Origin: Cyanophora paradoxa CCMP329
Lineage: Eukaryota; Plantae; Glaucophyta
Length of the DNA: 64,000 bases
NCBI GenBank assembly: GCA_004431415.1
Contig: QPMI01000150.1
Span: 62,001-126,000, forward strand
Direction: 5' to 3'
A model generated the notes under the pieces. It saw only the letters and a list, made by a program, of their open reading frames with translations, was not told where the DNA came from and searched no databases. Positions 25,732 to 39,000 of the stretch are shown piece after piece (within the stretch, counting starts at the first letter, position 1; each line of letters begins with the position of its first letter). A program made the position numbers and the translations under genes.

Positions 25732-28341
25732 CTAGCGCGTTAACGTTCCGAATCCTGGACGGGACCTGTGCAGTCGCGGCGCGAAAGGACGCGTGAGTGA
25801 GCGCCGAAGGCCTAGGACGCGTACGCGCGCGTGAGTGAAGGAAGGAGCTCTGCCTCTAGATCTAGATCTGCATACATGCGCAGTGCATGCATATGGCCCG
25901 TGCGCGCGCGTGGAGGCGCGCGTAGCCCCGGGAAGGCCAAGGATCTAAATCTAGATCTAGCGGAGGCGAATCGCACCGAGCTGCGAATCGCTCCACTCGT
26001 ACGGCGCGGACGTTTTGGGCTCTCCGGATATCGATCCGCCCGCGGCCGTACGCGTTTGGCCGCGCGGCCTGCGAGTTCGAAGCAGCTGCTCTGCTTCAGG
26101 CGAATCTACAGAAGAGGCTGCAGTCCTCGCACGTGTGCTGCATCAGCCTGCATGACGGCCGCGTAGCCGCGGCCTCGGATGTCACGGCGCGCGCCGGTGC
26201 CGGCGCGCGCGCGCGAGATATCGATTCTAGAACGCTCCGGATCCTTCTCACTCTTGCTCGCCGGCGCCGCCCTCCCCGCCGCGGCCGGGCCGAGCGTCAA
26301 CGCCGCGCAGGGCGGCGAATGCACAGGAGAGCTCGTACGCGTGCTACTTCGACGACGCCCGGGGCACGTGCCTCGGCGACCTCTACTCGACTGCTGGAGG
26401 TGCGCTGCCCCCGTTTCCGACTGCGTGCGATGCGCGTTTGCTGATCCAGGTGGATTCCGAGGCAATGCAGACGCTGGGCAGGAGAAACTGCTCAGTCAGG
26501 TCGTTGTGGGGGTACGGTACACTGGGGGGGGGGGCGGGGAGGGGTAGGCTAGACTGCGGAGCTCGCATGCGAACGACGTGCACGTGATCATATGCATGAT
26601 GGAGAAGCCGGCCGTACGTGTTGAGCCGCCGCTGAGCCTCGCGCGCAGCGTCGACCTCGGTCCGGTGCATGCATGCACGCGTGCAGCTCGGTGCGCATGC
26701 GACGCGCGCGCGCGCGCATTTTTGAATTCGCGATCGCTCTTTATCTATATCGATATCATGATCACTGCGGCGTATGCGCCGCGCGCCGCGGCCGCGCGCT
26801 GTACATGTCACGTGCACTCCATGCGCCATGGCTCGCTATGCCATGATGTATAACAATATATAAATAGAAGCTGCAGCGCTATACAGCTAGCGCAAAAGCT
26901 TCAATAAAGTCACCATAGTTGGCTTAGGATGGGAGAAAGGGCCTCTACTCTAAGCATACTGTCGGATGCAAGCAAATACTTGACGCGAGCCGCTGAGCTC
27001 AGATCTATAGCTAGATGGAAAGCGACATAGATATTGATGGAAAGGATCAAGACGTCCATTCTTAAGCTTGGCCTAGTTACCCAATAAGTGAGGCTAATTC
27101 TGAACTCCAAAAAGATTGCTCGGGACAAGGGAATGGCAGCTGTACAACGTGAAACTGAGAGGGTGACTGGCTGGAGGGTGAGAGGGTGAATATGAATGGT
27201 GGAGAGGCCAACGAAGAGAGGTACTACGGTATGGCGGCGTGCACACGATTTGCGGCACGAAAATAACGGAGCCTGGAAGGGCGTCTTGGGCTCGAAATCG
27301 AATGAAAACACGACGTGGTTGTCTCACTGAATGTCTGATGAGCCTCACTTGCACATGTGTTGCAGTAGGCATATACCTTCCCAAGTCCCTGTAGCCCTGT
27401 ACCCATATAGTCAGTCCACCTGTACCCCTAATACACCACCTTGCCAGCTATCTAGCCTGGCAATACCCTCGCCGGAGACTCTACGCGCACTCCGTGCTGG
27501 CCAGCTGTCAACAGCAGCTGCGCCGGCCGAGTCCGTAGGAGCTCGGCGCGTCTACGCGGTGATGCAACCGTGCGCGGCTCATCCAACCAGCTAGAGACTT
27601 CGAGGGGACCACAAGCATCAGCTCGCGACTCCGGAAGCGGCCCCGCCCGCGGCCGTTTCGGTGGACGAAGGGCAACTTGGCTCTCGGGCCCATCATCAGC
27701 CCGGCAAAAATTGTTTTTCGAGGCCAGCGAGCGAGCAATCAGCTCTCTAGCTATAGGGGACACTGCCCGGGCAGTGGGAGCCCGCGGGTCGCGCACCGCA
27801 TCGCGGCCGCGATCTTCGTAAGCTCCAGGCAGCTACGTTCGGAAGAGGCTTGCGGGGGCGTTTCGGCCACCCCGTAGGTCCGCCTTTCGTCGTAGTAAAG
27901 AGACGTCGTCAGGGGTCGTTTCGGCTGCCCCGCGCGCACGCTCTCGAGCCTTCCGGCGGCCCAGCTTCCAGCCGGCGGTCGCCAGCCCAGCTCGACACCA
28001 GGCGTGCGCGCGCGTGTGGGACGACGCCCACGGGCCGTACGCAGTGCTCGGAGGACTGGGGCGAGTGCGGAGCTCGACGGGCGGAGTGACGGCGGCGACT
28101 CTCGGAGGCGCGCTCACGACCTCGGCCAAGACCGCCACGACGCCCGCCTCAGCGCCGCGCATTCCACGGCCTTTCGAAGGGGGAGACTCTGCCAAAATTT
28201 TCGGCTCAGCTCGTCGCCAGCTCGCCAGCGATCAGCCAGCAGCCGCCCCGTACCAGCCCGCGGACAGCTGGCAGCGCCGCGAGCCCCGGCCTCATCCCCT
28301 CTCATCCCTTCTTTTTTTCCTTCATCTACTACCTCTCTACG

Positions 28342-30116
28342 ATGTCGCGACACGGGCGGCCACCCCCGGTGACGACGGCGGGCATGTCTTCCATCGCGGC
28401 CATCACCCATCGACAGGCAGCTGAGCAGCAGACCTACAACCAGCGGCTCCAGTACACGGAGGCACCCGTGCAGATGTCGGTCGGCAAGGGAACTATCGTC
28501 TGGTCGTGCGCACGCCTCTGACGACGTCAAATGTCAAGCGGACGGTCAAGGAGTTCACGCGCGCCGCCCACACCAAGCCTTTCTTCCCCGGCGTCCCCTC
28601 GACTGCGGAGGAGCGGCGCCAGGCCAACTACACCCTCATGGAGTTCTCTCAGCTGCTCGCGGAGAGAGATCGGGCGGACTTCGCGCAACACCTGTACCGG
28701 CAGGAGCAGCATGATGCGGCGACGGCGCCACTCGTGGAGGCCGTCAACGTGCAGGACCTGGTGCTGGCAGGCATCCCACAGGCGGACATGCTACGGCGGA
28801 CGCAGGAGCAGAACCGACTCGACGAACTGCGGCGGACGCTGGCGGCGGCGCAGCAGCGAGCACCCCAGCCTCCGCTACGTCACGTCGGAGACCTCACTCG
28901 TTGGCTCCACGCTCGCATCGACCCCGTCGACAAGGCCCGCATCACCAAGTACACGCGCGAGATGCACATGGGCCTGCGCCCCGACCAACACTTCGAGCTG
29001 ACGGTGGAGGCCATCGAGCTCAGTGGCAAGACCCCGACCCCGGCAGTCGTCATGGCGTCGCTGGAGGAGCAGATCCTCCTCCGCCAGCAGCAGCATGCCG
29101 ACGCCTGGGAGATGTTCGGCGCCGAGGCCCACCACCGGCGGAAGAACTTCGCGACGCTGGTCGACAAGGCCATGCCGCAGCTTCGGGATCTCTGCCGGCA
29201 GCTCGAAGCCGACATACCGGGCAATTGCAACCTCGAGCTTCAAACCTCCTCTTTCCTCGCAAGCGCCCCGATGATCTTCCAGCAGCCCCGAATCCTCAGC
29301 AACAGCTGGGACGTCAACCTGGGGGAGGAGGACACGAAGTCATCCGCAGCTCACGCGATCCGGATGGCAGCAGCGGCGTCGGCGGAATTCGAAGGGGGAG
29401 CGTTGTCCAACTCCGAGGAGACGTCGGCACTCTTCGGGGCGGGCGGCGGCCGCAGCGACTCGTTCGATGCGACACCGACCAAGCGGCCCCGCCAGGAGCT
29501 GGCAGCTGCAGCAGCGCTCGGCGCAGCAGATATTAGCACCCAGCCTACAGCCGCCCCGACGCCCAACTTCATCGCGCAAATTGTGCAGGCCACAGTCACA
29601 TGCCTCCACAACAGGCTCGTGCAGGACGCAGCAGCGTACGCCACCTCCATGCAGCCGCAGGGTGCCCCCGTCAACACCTCCGGGCCAACGAACGCCGCCG
29701 GCACCGTTGACCTGTACTCCGACACCGAGAGCGACATCTACCAGCCCAACAGTGCCACCGCCCAGCAGAGCTCAAGCTCGAGTCTCCCGCTGGCCCTCTA
29801 TCCCCCGCCCCCTCAGTCTCTTCCGTACCCGCTGCCAGTCAGCCCCCCTCAGCCCCCGTTCACGCTGCCGTCGCCGTACACCTCGATGCCGGCCGGCCTC
29901 CCCCAGCCCCCAGCGCCATCGGCTGCAGCTGCAGCATGGCCGGCCCCGCCCCTCTGCTGGCGCTGTCAGGCCCTCTTCCAGCTGCAGTGGCCTTACATGC
30001 ATCGCGAGGATGACTACACTCAGTGTGCGGCGGCCTGCGCCTTGGCGGGCCTCCCGTTGCCTCTTGGAGCGCCGGCGCTCCCGCCCAACTGGCGGGCGCG
30101 GCTCGGCCTCTTCTGA
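28342..30116 (+). CDS. Gag-like ORF1 with C-terminal Zn-knuckle-like motif (one frameshift near 28490)
   Basis: Intronless, about 590 codons in an otherwise intron-dense genome, ending CWRC-x11-H-x7-C. The ATG 28342/28384 frame joins the 28506-30116 frame if one G is added at 28488-28490. Confidence 0.6.
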
Positions 30117-30659
30117 GCATGTCCTTCGGCCCAGTGGCCTCAGGGGCGCCGGCCGGGAGGCGGCGCCCATGCCCCCCGGGGGCTCCCTTTCCCTACCCAT
30201 CCCCAATTTCTCTCCCCTCACCTGCCTCCTACCCCCTACCCTTCCTCACTCTCCCTACCCGTACCCTGGCGCGGGGCTCACCTGAGCGCCCCAATCCGAC
30301 TGCCCTGATCACGTACCCCCCTCCGCTTGACTGCCTGCTACCCCTTTTTTTTCCTCGCCTTCCCTACCCCGGCTCCCACCCCCTTCCCTGCGTACCCCTC
30401 TGGATCCCCCCCCCCCCCCCCTGCTGCCGGCGGCCGCGGCCCACCCCCGTACCCCAACGACGGGCTCATCTGAGCACCCTGATCCCCTTCCCCGCGTACC
30501 CCCCTCTGGATCCTCTCCCGGGGGCCGCCCCTCGCCACTCCTCTACCCACCCCCCCACCTCCCCCGCCGGCGCCCCCTCGGTGGCGGCGGCGGCGGACTG
30601 CCACGGCCGACTGTGGCGCTGCGCATGCGGCTGGGAGAGGGAGAGGACACGTCAACAAG

Positions 30660-31460
30660 ATCCCAATCGCTGGGAAGCATATTTACTGGCTCCCCACGTT
30701 GCTCCATTCTCGGCTGACCGGTTTTTTCGGCGAGATGTCGACGTCTATGATCACCTCCGGGAGGGAGCGCGAGACGACGCTGGCGGCACGACGCCCGGGC
30801 GGTGGCCCCCGATCGCAAGCCCGACGATCCTCTGGGGGCCGGCGGCAGACGTGCCCAAGCTGCGCGAGGCTGGCTCCGCCCCCGAGGCATGCGACAGCAC
30901 TCCGTCGAGATGATTTCGAATGAGGTGAGCCACGGCAGGCCCACCTGGCTCGTGCGCTTAAGAACGGCCACCGTGGCCATGCAAGCCATAGCGGCACCAA
31001 AAGCCATCGCGGCACGCAAGCCATGGCGGCAAAGTCACAGCGACTTGAGAGCCATAGCGGCTGAAAGCCATCGCGGCTTAAATTTTCCTGGCGAGGCCAC
31101 CCGCCCCAGACGACCTTTCCGGCGAGGCATAGCGCCCCGGTGGATCCCAGGGTTGTTTTCGCAACGCAACGCTCGCGGGGGCAGTTTTCGCGCGCGACGC
31201 CTTGCCGTGCCGTCCCGCCACGCTAGCGCTGCGCCGCCACGCTGCGCCGCCGCGCTGCGCCGTCCTGCTGCACCGCCCCGCCCGCTGGCCCGCTCCGCTC
31301 TGCGCTGGTTCTACCCTCATTTTCCAAGAACCCTTCCCCCCTTCGAGTTTCTTAAAAACGCTAATTATGATCCCCTAGGGCCCAGCCCGCCTCTCTTTCA
31401 CATGCCGTCCCGTGACAGCTTTTCTCAGCTGCTGTTCCACGGTTTGCCTCGTCACGTGCG
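30660..31460 (+). pseudogene. Remnants of DIRS/Ngaro-type RT N-terminus and tyrosine recombinase
   Basis: WEAYL...DHLREGA...PPIASP...VEMISNEVSHGR resembles the pre-RT region of YR retroelements. PLFHMPSRDSFSQLLFHGL resembles the YR PLF segment before HxxR. Catalytic cores are absent; the motif match is by eye only. Confidence 0.45.
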
Positions 31461-32300
31461 GCATGTGAGAGGGGTGCTGGCTGGCCTCGGGGCCTGGCCG
31501 GTCGCCCTCCATCTGGGCTTGCTGCCCCCCCCCACCTCATCTTCTCCACGGCCCCAGCTCCCCCGGCGGCGATGCCGGCCCTCCCGCGGACCTCCTCCCC
31601 CTCGGCGGCGGCTCAGGCGGCTCGGCGACATGCACACCGCTGACGATCGACGTTCCATTATATATATTGTCTCGCTTGCGACGGCACGGCGGGGTTTTTG
31701 CCCGGTTTTTCCCCTGACCGTTACCGACCCTCGAGGGCATTCATCTGGCCCCGGGCGGCTTCTCCTTGCTCGCCCTCGATGGCAGTCCGTACGCTTCTTC
31801 TCGGACCTTTTTTTTCTCGGCCTCCTGCTTTACTTTCGATCTATAGCTAGCGCTAGCCTAGTAGCAGTGCGCGAGGACGCGCTCTCGTGAAATAGTAACA
31901 TGTTGCAGCTCGCAGCTAAGATATATATGGGCACGCGTCCTTTGTATTCTCCAGCTCCTATACTTATAGTCAGACCCCTTATCGCAGGCCCTCCCGATCC
32001 ATAGCATCTCGGAGGCTCTGAGGCTCGTACTCCCACATTTATATATGTACTCCCGCATCCATGTTGTACTCCCGCATACACGCTGGACCCATATATAGCT
32101 ATATATATAGCTATATAGGATTGATATCTTACACGTTCAAACGGTTGGATCTTGCTTGTAGTAGTCTAGTTGGTATCATATCTTTCGAGTTTCGTTTTCG
32201 AGGCCGCCCGGTCGGTGAGCGCGTAGGCTAAATAGGCGCTCTGGCTTGAGGTTGGGACCTCAGTTCTTCTTCATCGTACACCGCTCTTAGCTTAGCACAC

Positions 32301-33011
32301 CACGAGCCTCTCGTCTCGTGAAATAGTAACATCCCCTCGGCCAGCCACGAGCCTCTCGTCTCGTGAAATAGTAACATCCCCTCGGCCAGCCACGAGCCTC
32401 TCGTCTCGTGAAATAGTAACATCCCCTCGGCCAGCCACGAGCCTCTCGTCTCGTGAAATAGTAACATCCCCTCGGCCAGCCACGAGCCTCTCGTCTCGTG
32501 AAATAGTAACATCCCCTCGGCCAGCCACGAGCCTCTCGTCTCGTGAAATAGTAACATCCCCTCGGCCAGCCACGAGCCTCTCGTCTCGTGAAATAGTAAC
32601 ATCCCCTCGGCCAGCCACGAGCCTCTCGTCTCGTGAAATAGTAACATCCCCTCGGCCAGCCACGAGCCTCTCGTCTCGTGAAATAGTAACATCCCCTCGG
32701 CCAGCCACGAGCCTCTCGTCTCGTGAAATAGTAACATCCCCTCGGCCAGCCACGAGCCTCTCGTCTCGTGAAATAGTAACATCCCCTCGGCCAGCCACGA
32801 GCCTCTCGTCTCGTGAAATAGTAACATCCCTCGGCCAGCCACGAGCCTCTCGTCTCGTGAAATAGTAACATCCCCTCGGCCAGCCACGAGCCTCTCGTCT
32901 CGTGAAATAGTAACATCCCCTCGGCCAGCCACGAGCCTCTCGTCTCGTGAAATAGTAACATCCCCTCGGCCAGCCACGAGCCTCTCGTCTCGTGAAATAG
33001 TAACATCCCCT
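32301..33011 (+). repeat. Tandem array of 16 copies of a 45-bp unit
   Basis: Unit CACGAGCCTCTCGTCTCGTGAAATAGTAACATCCCCTCGGCCAGC. The copy at 32796 lacks one C and the last copy is partial. Confidence 0.98.
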
Positions 33012-36000
33012 GTACGCCGTTAAACGTTCGACTTCTCTCAGAGTTTCTCAGTATCTTTCGAAATTCCTCAGCTTTTTGATTCCTTTAATTTCGTATATTT
33101 ACAAGCAGGGGGGCAAGCCCCCCCGCACCCCCCCATTAACTGATGATCGATATCATGACCGTCGGACATAGCTATAGCGATCGCACGCGAATTCGAAAGA
33201 AACTTACACGCAGTAATGAATTTTTTCGCGATCTGGAATTCGAAGCATGTATACGTAGATCTAGATCTGCAGCTGCAGCTGAACTTCAATCCAATCGAGA
33301 AACGCGCAGCGTTGACGTCAGCGCCATACGCGTCGCGTCGGCCGCGCCGACCTCGATCTAGACTCTCAGATCTTGAGCTTCGGAAGCGGAGCTTCGGAAG
33401 ATCTAGCTATAGATCGGAACTGTTACAATTAGCTATTATATATTTCGAATCTTGCGCAGTTTGCCAGATCTAGAACGCCGGACGTTTTCAGGACAAAAGA
33501 ATTCGAATAATCTTCCTCGGCTTCGTCTTCAAATATACGGTCGCGGCCGCCGGGCACTTCATGATCCGAAGCGGGTGCTCATAAGCAGCGGCTTCGACAA
33601 AATCAGGATCACTGCTTTCGCGTGCGTTGACTTCGAATTCGAATTCACCTGCTGATATCGATGCGCCGCAGTGCTCCGTCTGCACAAGCTTAAGCATGCG
33701 CAGCAGCGCTAGCTACATGCGCAGCAGCACTAGTATGTACGCGGTTGCTAAGCGCAACTGCAGCAACGACAGCTGCTGCTGCTGCTCATGAATCATGATC
33801 AGCGGGCCTGCAGCTAGACTGCAGTGTGTTTCGGTTACTTTCCGTTACTTTTCGCTATCCGCCACTTAAGCTGTCCGTTACTTTCCGGAAACGTCCGTTA
33901 TAATTATCCGCCACTTTCCGTTACTTCCGTTATCTGCCACTTTCCATGCACGCCACTGGCCAGCTTAAACTGCTGGGAAAAACTCGACTCACGCGACAGT
34001 CGCGCGGCTCGCGCCACGCCGTGACGTCGACGGCGCCGCGTGGCGGGCACTGGCGGCGGCCACGGCCAGCGCGCGCCGCAGCGCGCCGCTGCGCGCGCGG
34101 CGCTACCGGCCGAGGTACCCGCGGTGACACATGTACACTGTGACACGTCAACCTGAGTGAAGGAAAATCCGGTACGTCCGATCGGATCGAACCGGTAGTA
34201 GTAGTCTGGTACTGGCGAAGGCCGAGGGGTACCGGACCGTCGATCGGATCGATTCGATTTTAATTTGTTTAATAGAAGTTGCCCGACAGCTCACTGAAAG
34301 AGTCCTAGTCAAAGTCGACGTCGCGGCCCGGGCTCGCGATTGCGACGTATACCGTACGTCGCGATCGGCTCAATTTGCGAGCACGTGCACGTAGTACCAC
34401 GTAGTAGCACGTACTACGGTACCGTAGTACTACGATCGCGTCCCGGCCCCCGGGTCCGCACGCATTTGGCGCGCACTACGACTGCGAATCCATGTGGCAT
34501 GCATTAAATTTCTTTAAAACCCAAACTGGAACCGGTTTTCGATCGATCGATTTCGATCCGCGCGCGGCTGGGCAAAATTAAAATTGCGGTTTTTAATCAG
34601 GCGAAGCCTCTTTCAGGCGAAGCCTCTTTCAGGCGAAGCCTCTTTCAGGCGAAGCCTCTTTCTCAAACCCAAAAACCGCCGATATAAATTCCTTTTTTAA
34701 CCTTTTTTTCCACTCAAGATCCCCCCTGCTAAATAATTTCCGCGTCGCACTCCCTCGAGGACGAATTATTAATTCTGCCTCGACACGGACGCGATTGCCG
34801 CTAATGACTCAGCTACCCTAACCCCCACAGACCTCTCTAGATCCATTTTTAGCGTCGTGGCTCCCCTAAGACGACCGCTCGCCCGTGGGCGTCGCGCGAA
34901 AATCGAATTTCCCTCTGGATCAATTCCGGTACTTAACCTCCGACAAATGCAGTCCGAGTCAGAAGGTGGGACCCGGTCCCGCCCGGTCCCGCGACGAAAT
35001 CGCGCCAGGGACGCCCCAGAACGATACAGAATGCCGCGCGAGGGCGAGCGCATCGCCGCAAGCTCGATTTCAAGCGCCGTCGACGCTCCAGTGCGAAGAG
35101 TCGGCCGAAAATTTGATCCAGCGCTAGCCGGTCCCGCCCGGTCCCGCGACGCGCGCAATCGATGCGTACTGGCGCGCATGGACATAGCAGGGCCTGCGCA
35201 CCCCCGAAATCCGCTTTTCGGAGCCGGAACAGCGCAGGAAGGTACCCGACGGCCAAAATTCGATCCTGCACGCGCCCTGACATCTTTCCGCGCGCCCACG
35301 CCGCGGCGCATGCGCGGAACGATAGCATAAGCATTTAAGATGTAGGCAAAGTCTTCCGCACGCTTTGCGTATGCGACGGGCCGCGAGGACCCAGCCGACC
35401 CCGAAAATTCGATCCTGCATGGACCTGCACATCTTTCCGCGCGCCCTCGCCTCGAGCTCCGCAGCCCCGCACATCGATGCTATAGCTATATGCATTCAAG
35501 ATTCTGTTTAAGCGATTCGCAAGCTCTGTGCATGCGCCTGGCCGCGAGAACCTTGCCCCTCCCGGGCCTCCCTCTCAACAATATTATATATAATTCATCT
35601 CCTCTAATCTCAACCTGCTCCGGCCTCCCTTTATTTCCTCAGTACATTAATATTCCTCTAGTTATATTCCTCTAGCCGGCCAGCGGTAGCTGGACTGGCC
35701 GTCAGCCGGCCAGCTTCCAACCAGAAAGCTGTTCGCGATCGGCCAGGCCGCTGGCCAGTGCCCTATAGGCCTACTGTGACAGCCGCGAGGGCGTCCGCGA
35801 GGCTTCGCCGTACTTAGTGCTCCGCAGGAGCACGGATCTTGTCTCAAAACCAAAAACGAACGGGTCCAAATTCCTTTTTTAACCTTTTTTTCCACTCGAG
35901 ATCCCCCCTGCTAAATAATTTCCGTATCGACACTCCTCAAGCCAGAATTATTAATTCTCCCTCGACACGGACGCGATTGCCGCAAATAACACAGCTACTC

Positions 36001-39000
36001 CAACCCCCACAGACCTCTCTAGATCCATTTTTAGCGTCCTGACTCCCCTAAGACGACCGCTCTCCCGTGGGCGTCGCGCGAATATCGAATTTCCCTCTGG
36101 ATCAATTCCAGTACTTAACCTCCGACAAACGCAGTCCGACTCAGAAGGTGGGATCCGGTCCCGCCCGGTCCCGCGACGAAACCGCGCCACGGACGCCCCA
36201 GAACGATACAGAATGACGCGCGAGGGCGAGCGCATCGCCGCAAACTCGATTTCGGGCGCCGTCGACGCTCCAGTGCGAAGAGTCGGCCGAAAATTTGATC
36301 CGGCCGGTTCCGCCCGGTCTCGCGACGCGCGCAATCGATGCGTACTGGCGCGCATAGACATAGCAGGGCCTGCGCACCCCCAAAATCCGCTTTTCGGAGC
36401 CGCAACAGCGCAGGAAGGTACCCGATGACAAAAATTCGATCCTGCACGGGCCCGGACATCTTTCCGCGCGCCCACGCTGCGGCGCATGCGCGGAACGATA
36501 GCATAAGCATTTAAGATGTAGAAGACGACTTCCGCACGGTCTCTAAATGCGCCGGGCCGCGGGGACCCAGCCAACCCCGAAAATTCGATCCTGTCCGGAC
36601 CTGAACATCTTTCCGCGCGCCCTCGCATTCTCGCGCATGCGCGTAGCTACTATCGCGCAGATTGAAACTTCTTGTTCAATCAACTCGAATAAATATTACG
36701 TGTGTACTCGCTAGGCTGGACTCGCTCCTCAACTGTCTCGCTCCCTTGCGCCACCTGAACTGGCCCAGTGCGCTCAACCTACTCTAGAGCTGTGCGAGCG
36801 GGGCACCGTGGCACCGGCGTGGGGGGTCCGGAGCCGGGCCAGCTCTCGAACGCCGTCCGAGGCTCTGGCGTACGAGCCAGCCCGGTGGCCCAGCTATATA
36901 TACGGTAGCCGGCCAGGCCGCTGGCCAGTGCCCTATAGGCCTACTGTGACAGCCGCGAGGGCGTCCGCGAGGCTTCGCCGTACTTAGTGCTCCGCAGGAG
37001 CACGGATCTTGTCTCAAACCCAAAAACCGACGATCCTAATTCCTTTTTTAACCTTTTTTTCCACTCAAGATCCCCCCTGCTAAATAATTTCCGTGTCGCA
37101 CTCCCTCGAGGCAGAATTATTAATTCTGCCTCGACACGGACGCGATTGCCGCTAATGACTCAGCTACCCTAACCCCCGCAGACCTCTCTAGATCCATTTT
37201 TAGCGTCGTGACTCCCCTAAGACGACCGCTCGCCCGTGGGCGTCGCGCGAAAATCGAATTTCCCTCTGGATCAATTCCGGTACTTGACCTCCGACAAATG
37301 CAGTCCGAGTCAGAAGGTGGGACCCGGTCCCGCCCGGTCCCGCGACGAAATCGCGCCAGGGACGCCCCAGAACGATACAGAATGCCGCGCGAGGGCGAGC
37401 GCATCGCCGCAAGCTCGATTTCAAGCGCCGTCGACGCTCCAGTGCGAAGAGTCGGCCGAAAATTTGATCCGGCCGGTTCCGCCCGGTCCCGCGACGCGCG
37501 CAATCGATGCGTACTAGCGCGCATAGACATAGCAGCGCCTCCGCACCCCCGAAATCCGCTTTTCGGAGCCGGAATAGCGCAAGAAGGTACCGGACATCAA
37601 AAATTCGATCCTTCACAGGCCTGGACATCTTTCCGCGCGCCAACGCCGCGGCGTATGCGCGGAGCAATAGTATAAGCATTTGAGATGTAGAAGAAGCCTT
37701 CCGCACGCTTTGCGTATGCGCCGGGCCGCGAGGACCCAGCCCACCCCGAAAATTCGATCCTGGACGGACATGTACATGTGCATCTTTCCGCGCGCCCTCG
37801 CACCCTCACGCGAGCGCATCGCTACAATTTTCAGTTGACTTCTTTTTAAAGCTTTTCGCAAGCTCTGCAGGCGCGACAGGGCTCGAGAACCCAGCCGACG
37901 CAAAAATTCGATCCTGAACGGGCCTGCACAGCTTTCCGCGCGCCCGCGCCGCGGCGCATGCACGGAACAATAGTATAAGCATTTGAGATGTAGAAGAAGA
38001 CTTCCGCACGCTTTGCGTATGCGCCGGGCCGCGAGGACCCAGCCCACCCCGAAAATTCGATCCTGGACGGACATGTGCATCTTTCCGCGCGCCCTCGCAT
38101 CCCCACGCATGCCCATCGCTACAGTATTCATTTGAGATCTAAACGAAGCCTTCCGCGACCTCTGTGGCCGCGACAAAGCACGAAAACCCAACCGACGCCA
38201 AATTTGCGATCCTGGACAGACCTGCACATATTTCTGCGCGCCCTCGCCTCCGCAGCCCTGCACATCGGTGCTATATGCGTTCGAGATTCTGTTTAAGCGA
38301 TTCGCAAGCTCTGTGCATGCGCCTGGCCGCGAGAACCTCGCCCCTCCCGGGCCTCCTTCCCAACAATATTATATAATTAATCTCCTCTCAATCTGCTCCA
38401 CCCTTTATTTCCTCAGTACATTAATATTCCTCTAGCCGGCCAGCGCTAGCTGGACTGGCCGTCAGCCAGCCAGCTTCCGAGTCCAGCCAGAAAGCTGTTC
38501 GCGATCGGCCAGGCCGCTGGCCAGTGCCCTATAGGCCTACTGTGCCAGCCGCGAGGGCGTCCGCGAGGCTTCGCCGTACTTAGTGCTCCGCAGGAGCACG
38601 GATCTTGTCAGGCGAAGCCTCTTTCGGGCGAAGCCTCTTCCGTAATCCGAAAACGAACGTGCCCTTTTCCTTTTTTTCCACCGCTCTCCGATTGGTCCGA
38701 GTGTCCAGAGTCGCAACCTCCGCAATGAAGGCGAACGGTCCCGGACATTACATAGCTGCCCGCGGACGTGACACTTATTTTTGGACTCGAAGCTCCCCTA
38801 AGACGACCGCTCTCCCGTGGGCGTCGAACGAAAAATCGAATTTCCCTCCAGGATCAATTCCGGTATTTATACCCCGGGGTTCGATCGCGAAATCCCAAAA
38901 AGTGGGACCCGGTCCCGCGACGAAAGCAAGCCAGGGACGCGCCAGAGCGGTCAGAATGACAGCCAAGAGCGCGCGCATCGCGCCAAGCTCGATTTCGGCC

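Larger units (their letters stand above)
27358..31908 (+). mobile_element. Internally deleted tyrosine-recombinase retrotransposon (DIRS order, Ngaro/PAT-like); right boundary uncertain
   Basis: 109-bp repeat A (27358-27466, identical to 48646-48754), a gag-like ORF, overlapping RT-like and YR-like remnants, and 36-bp repeat B (31865-31900, matching 48610-48645). TGTTGCAG occurs at both ends. Confidence 0.6.

Noticed and set aside
27335-27375. Hammerhead ribozyme (CTGATGA plus stem GCCT/AGGC)
   Set aside because: The stem is followed by ATAT, not the required GAAA.
28485-28495. Programmed frameshift in the gag-like ORF
   Set aside because: A single missing G in a G-run is better explained by sequencing error or decay; similar indels occur in other G/C runs.
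32301-33011. CRISPR array, or a repeat-protein gene from the three long minus-strand ORFs
   Set aside because: The units are identical with no unique spacers and there are no cas genes. The ORFs arise because a 45-bp unit lacks stops on that strand.
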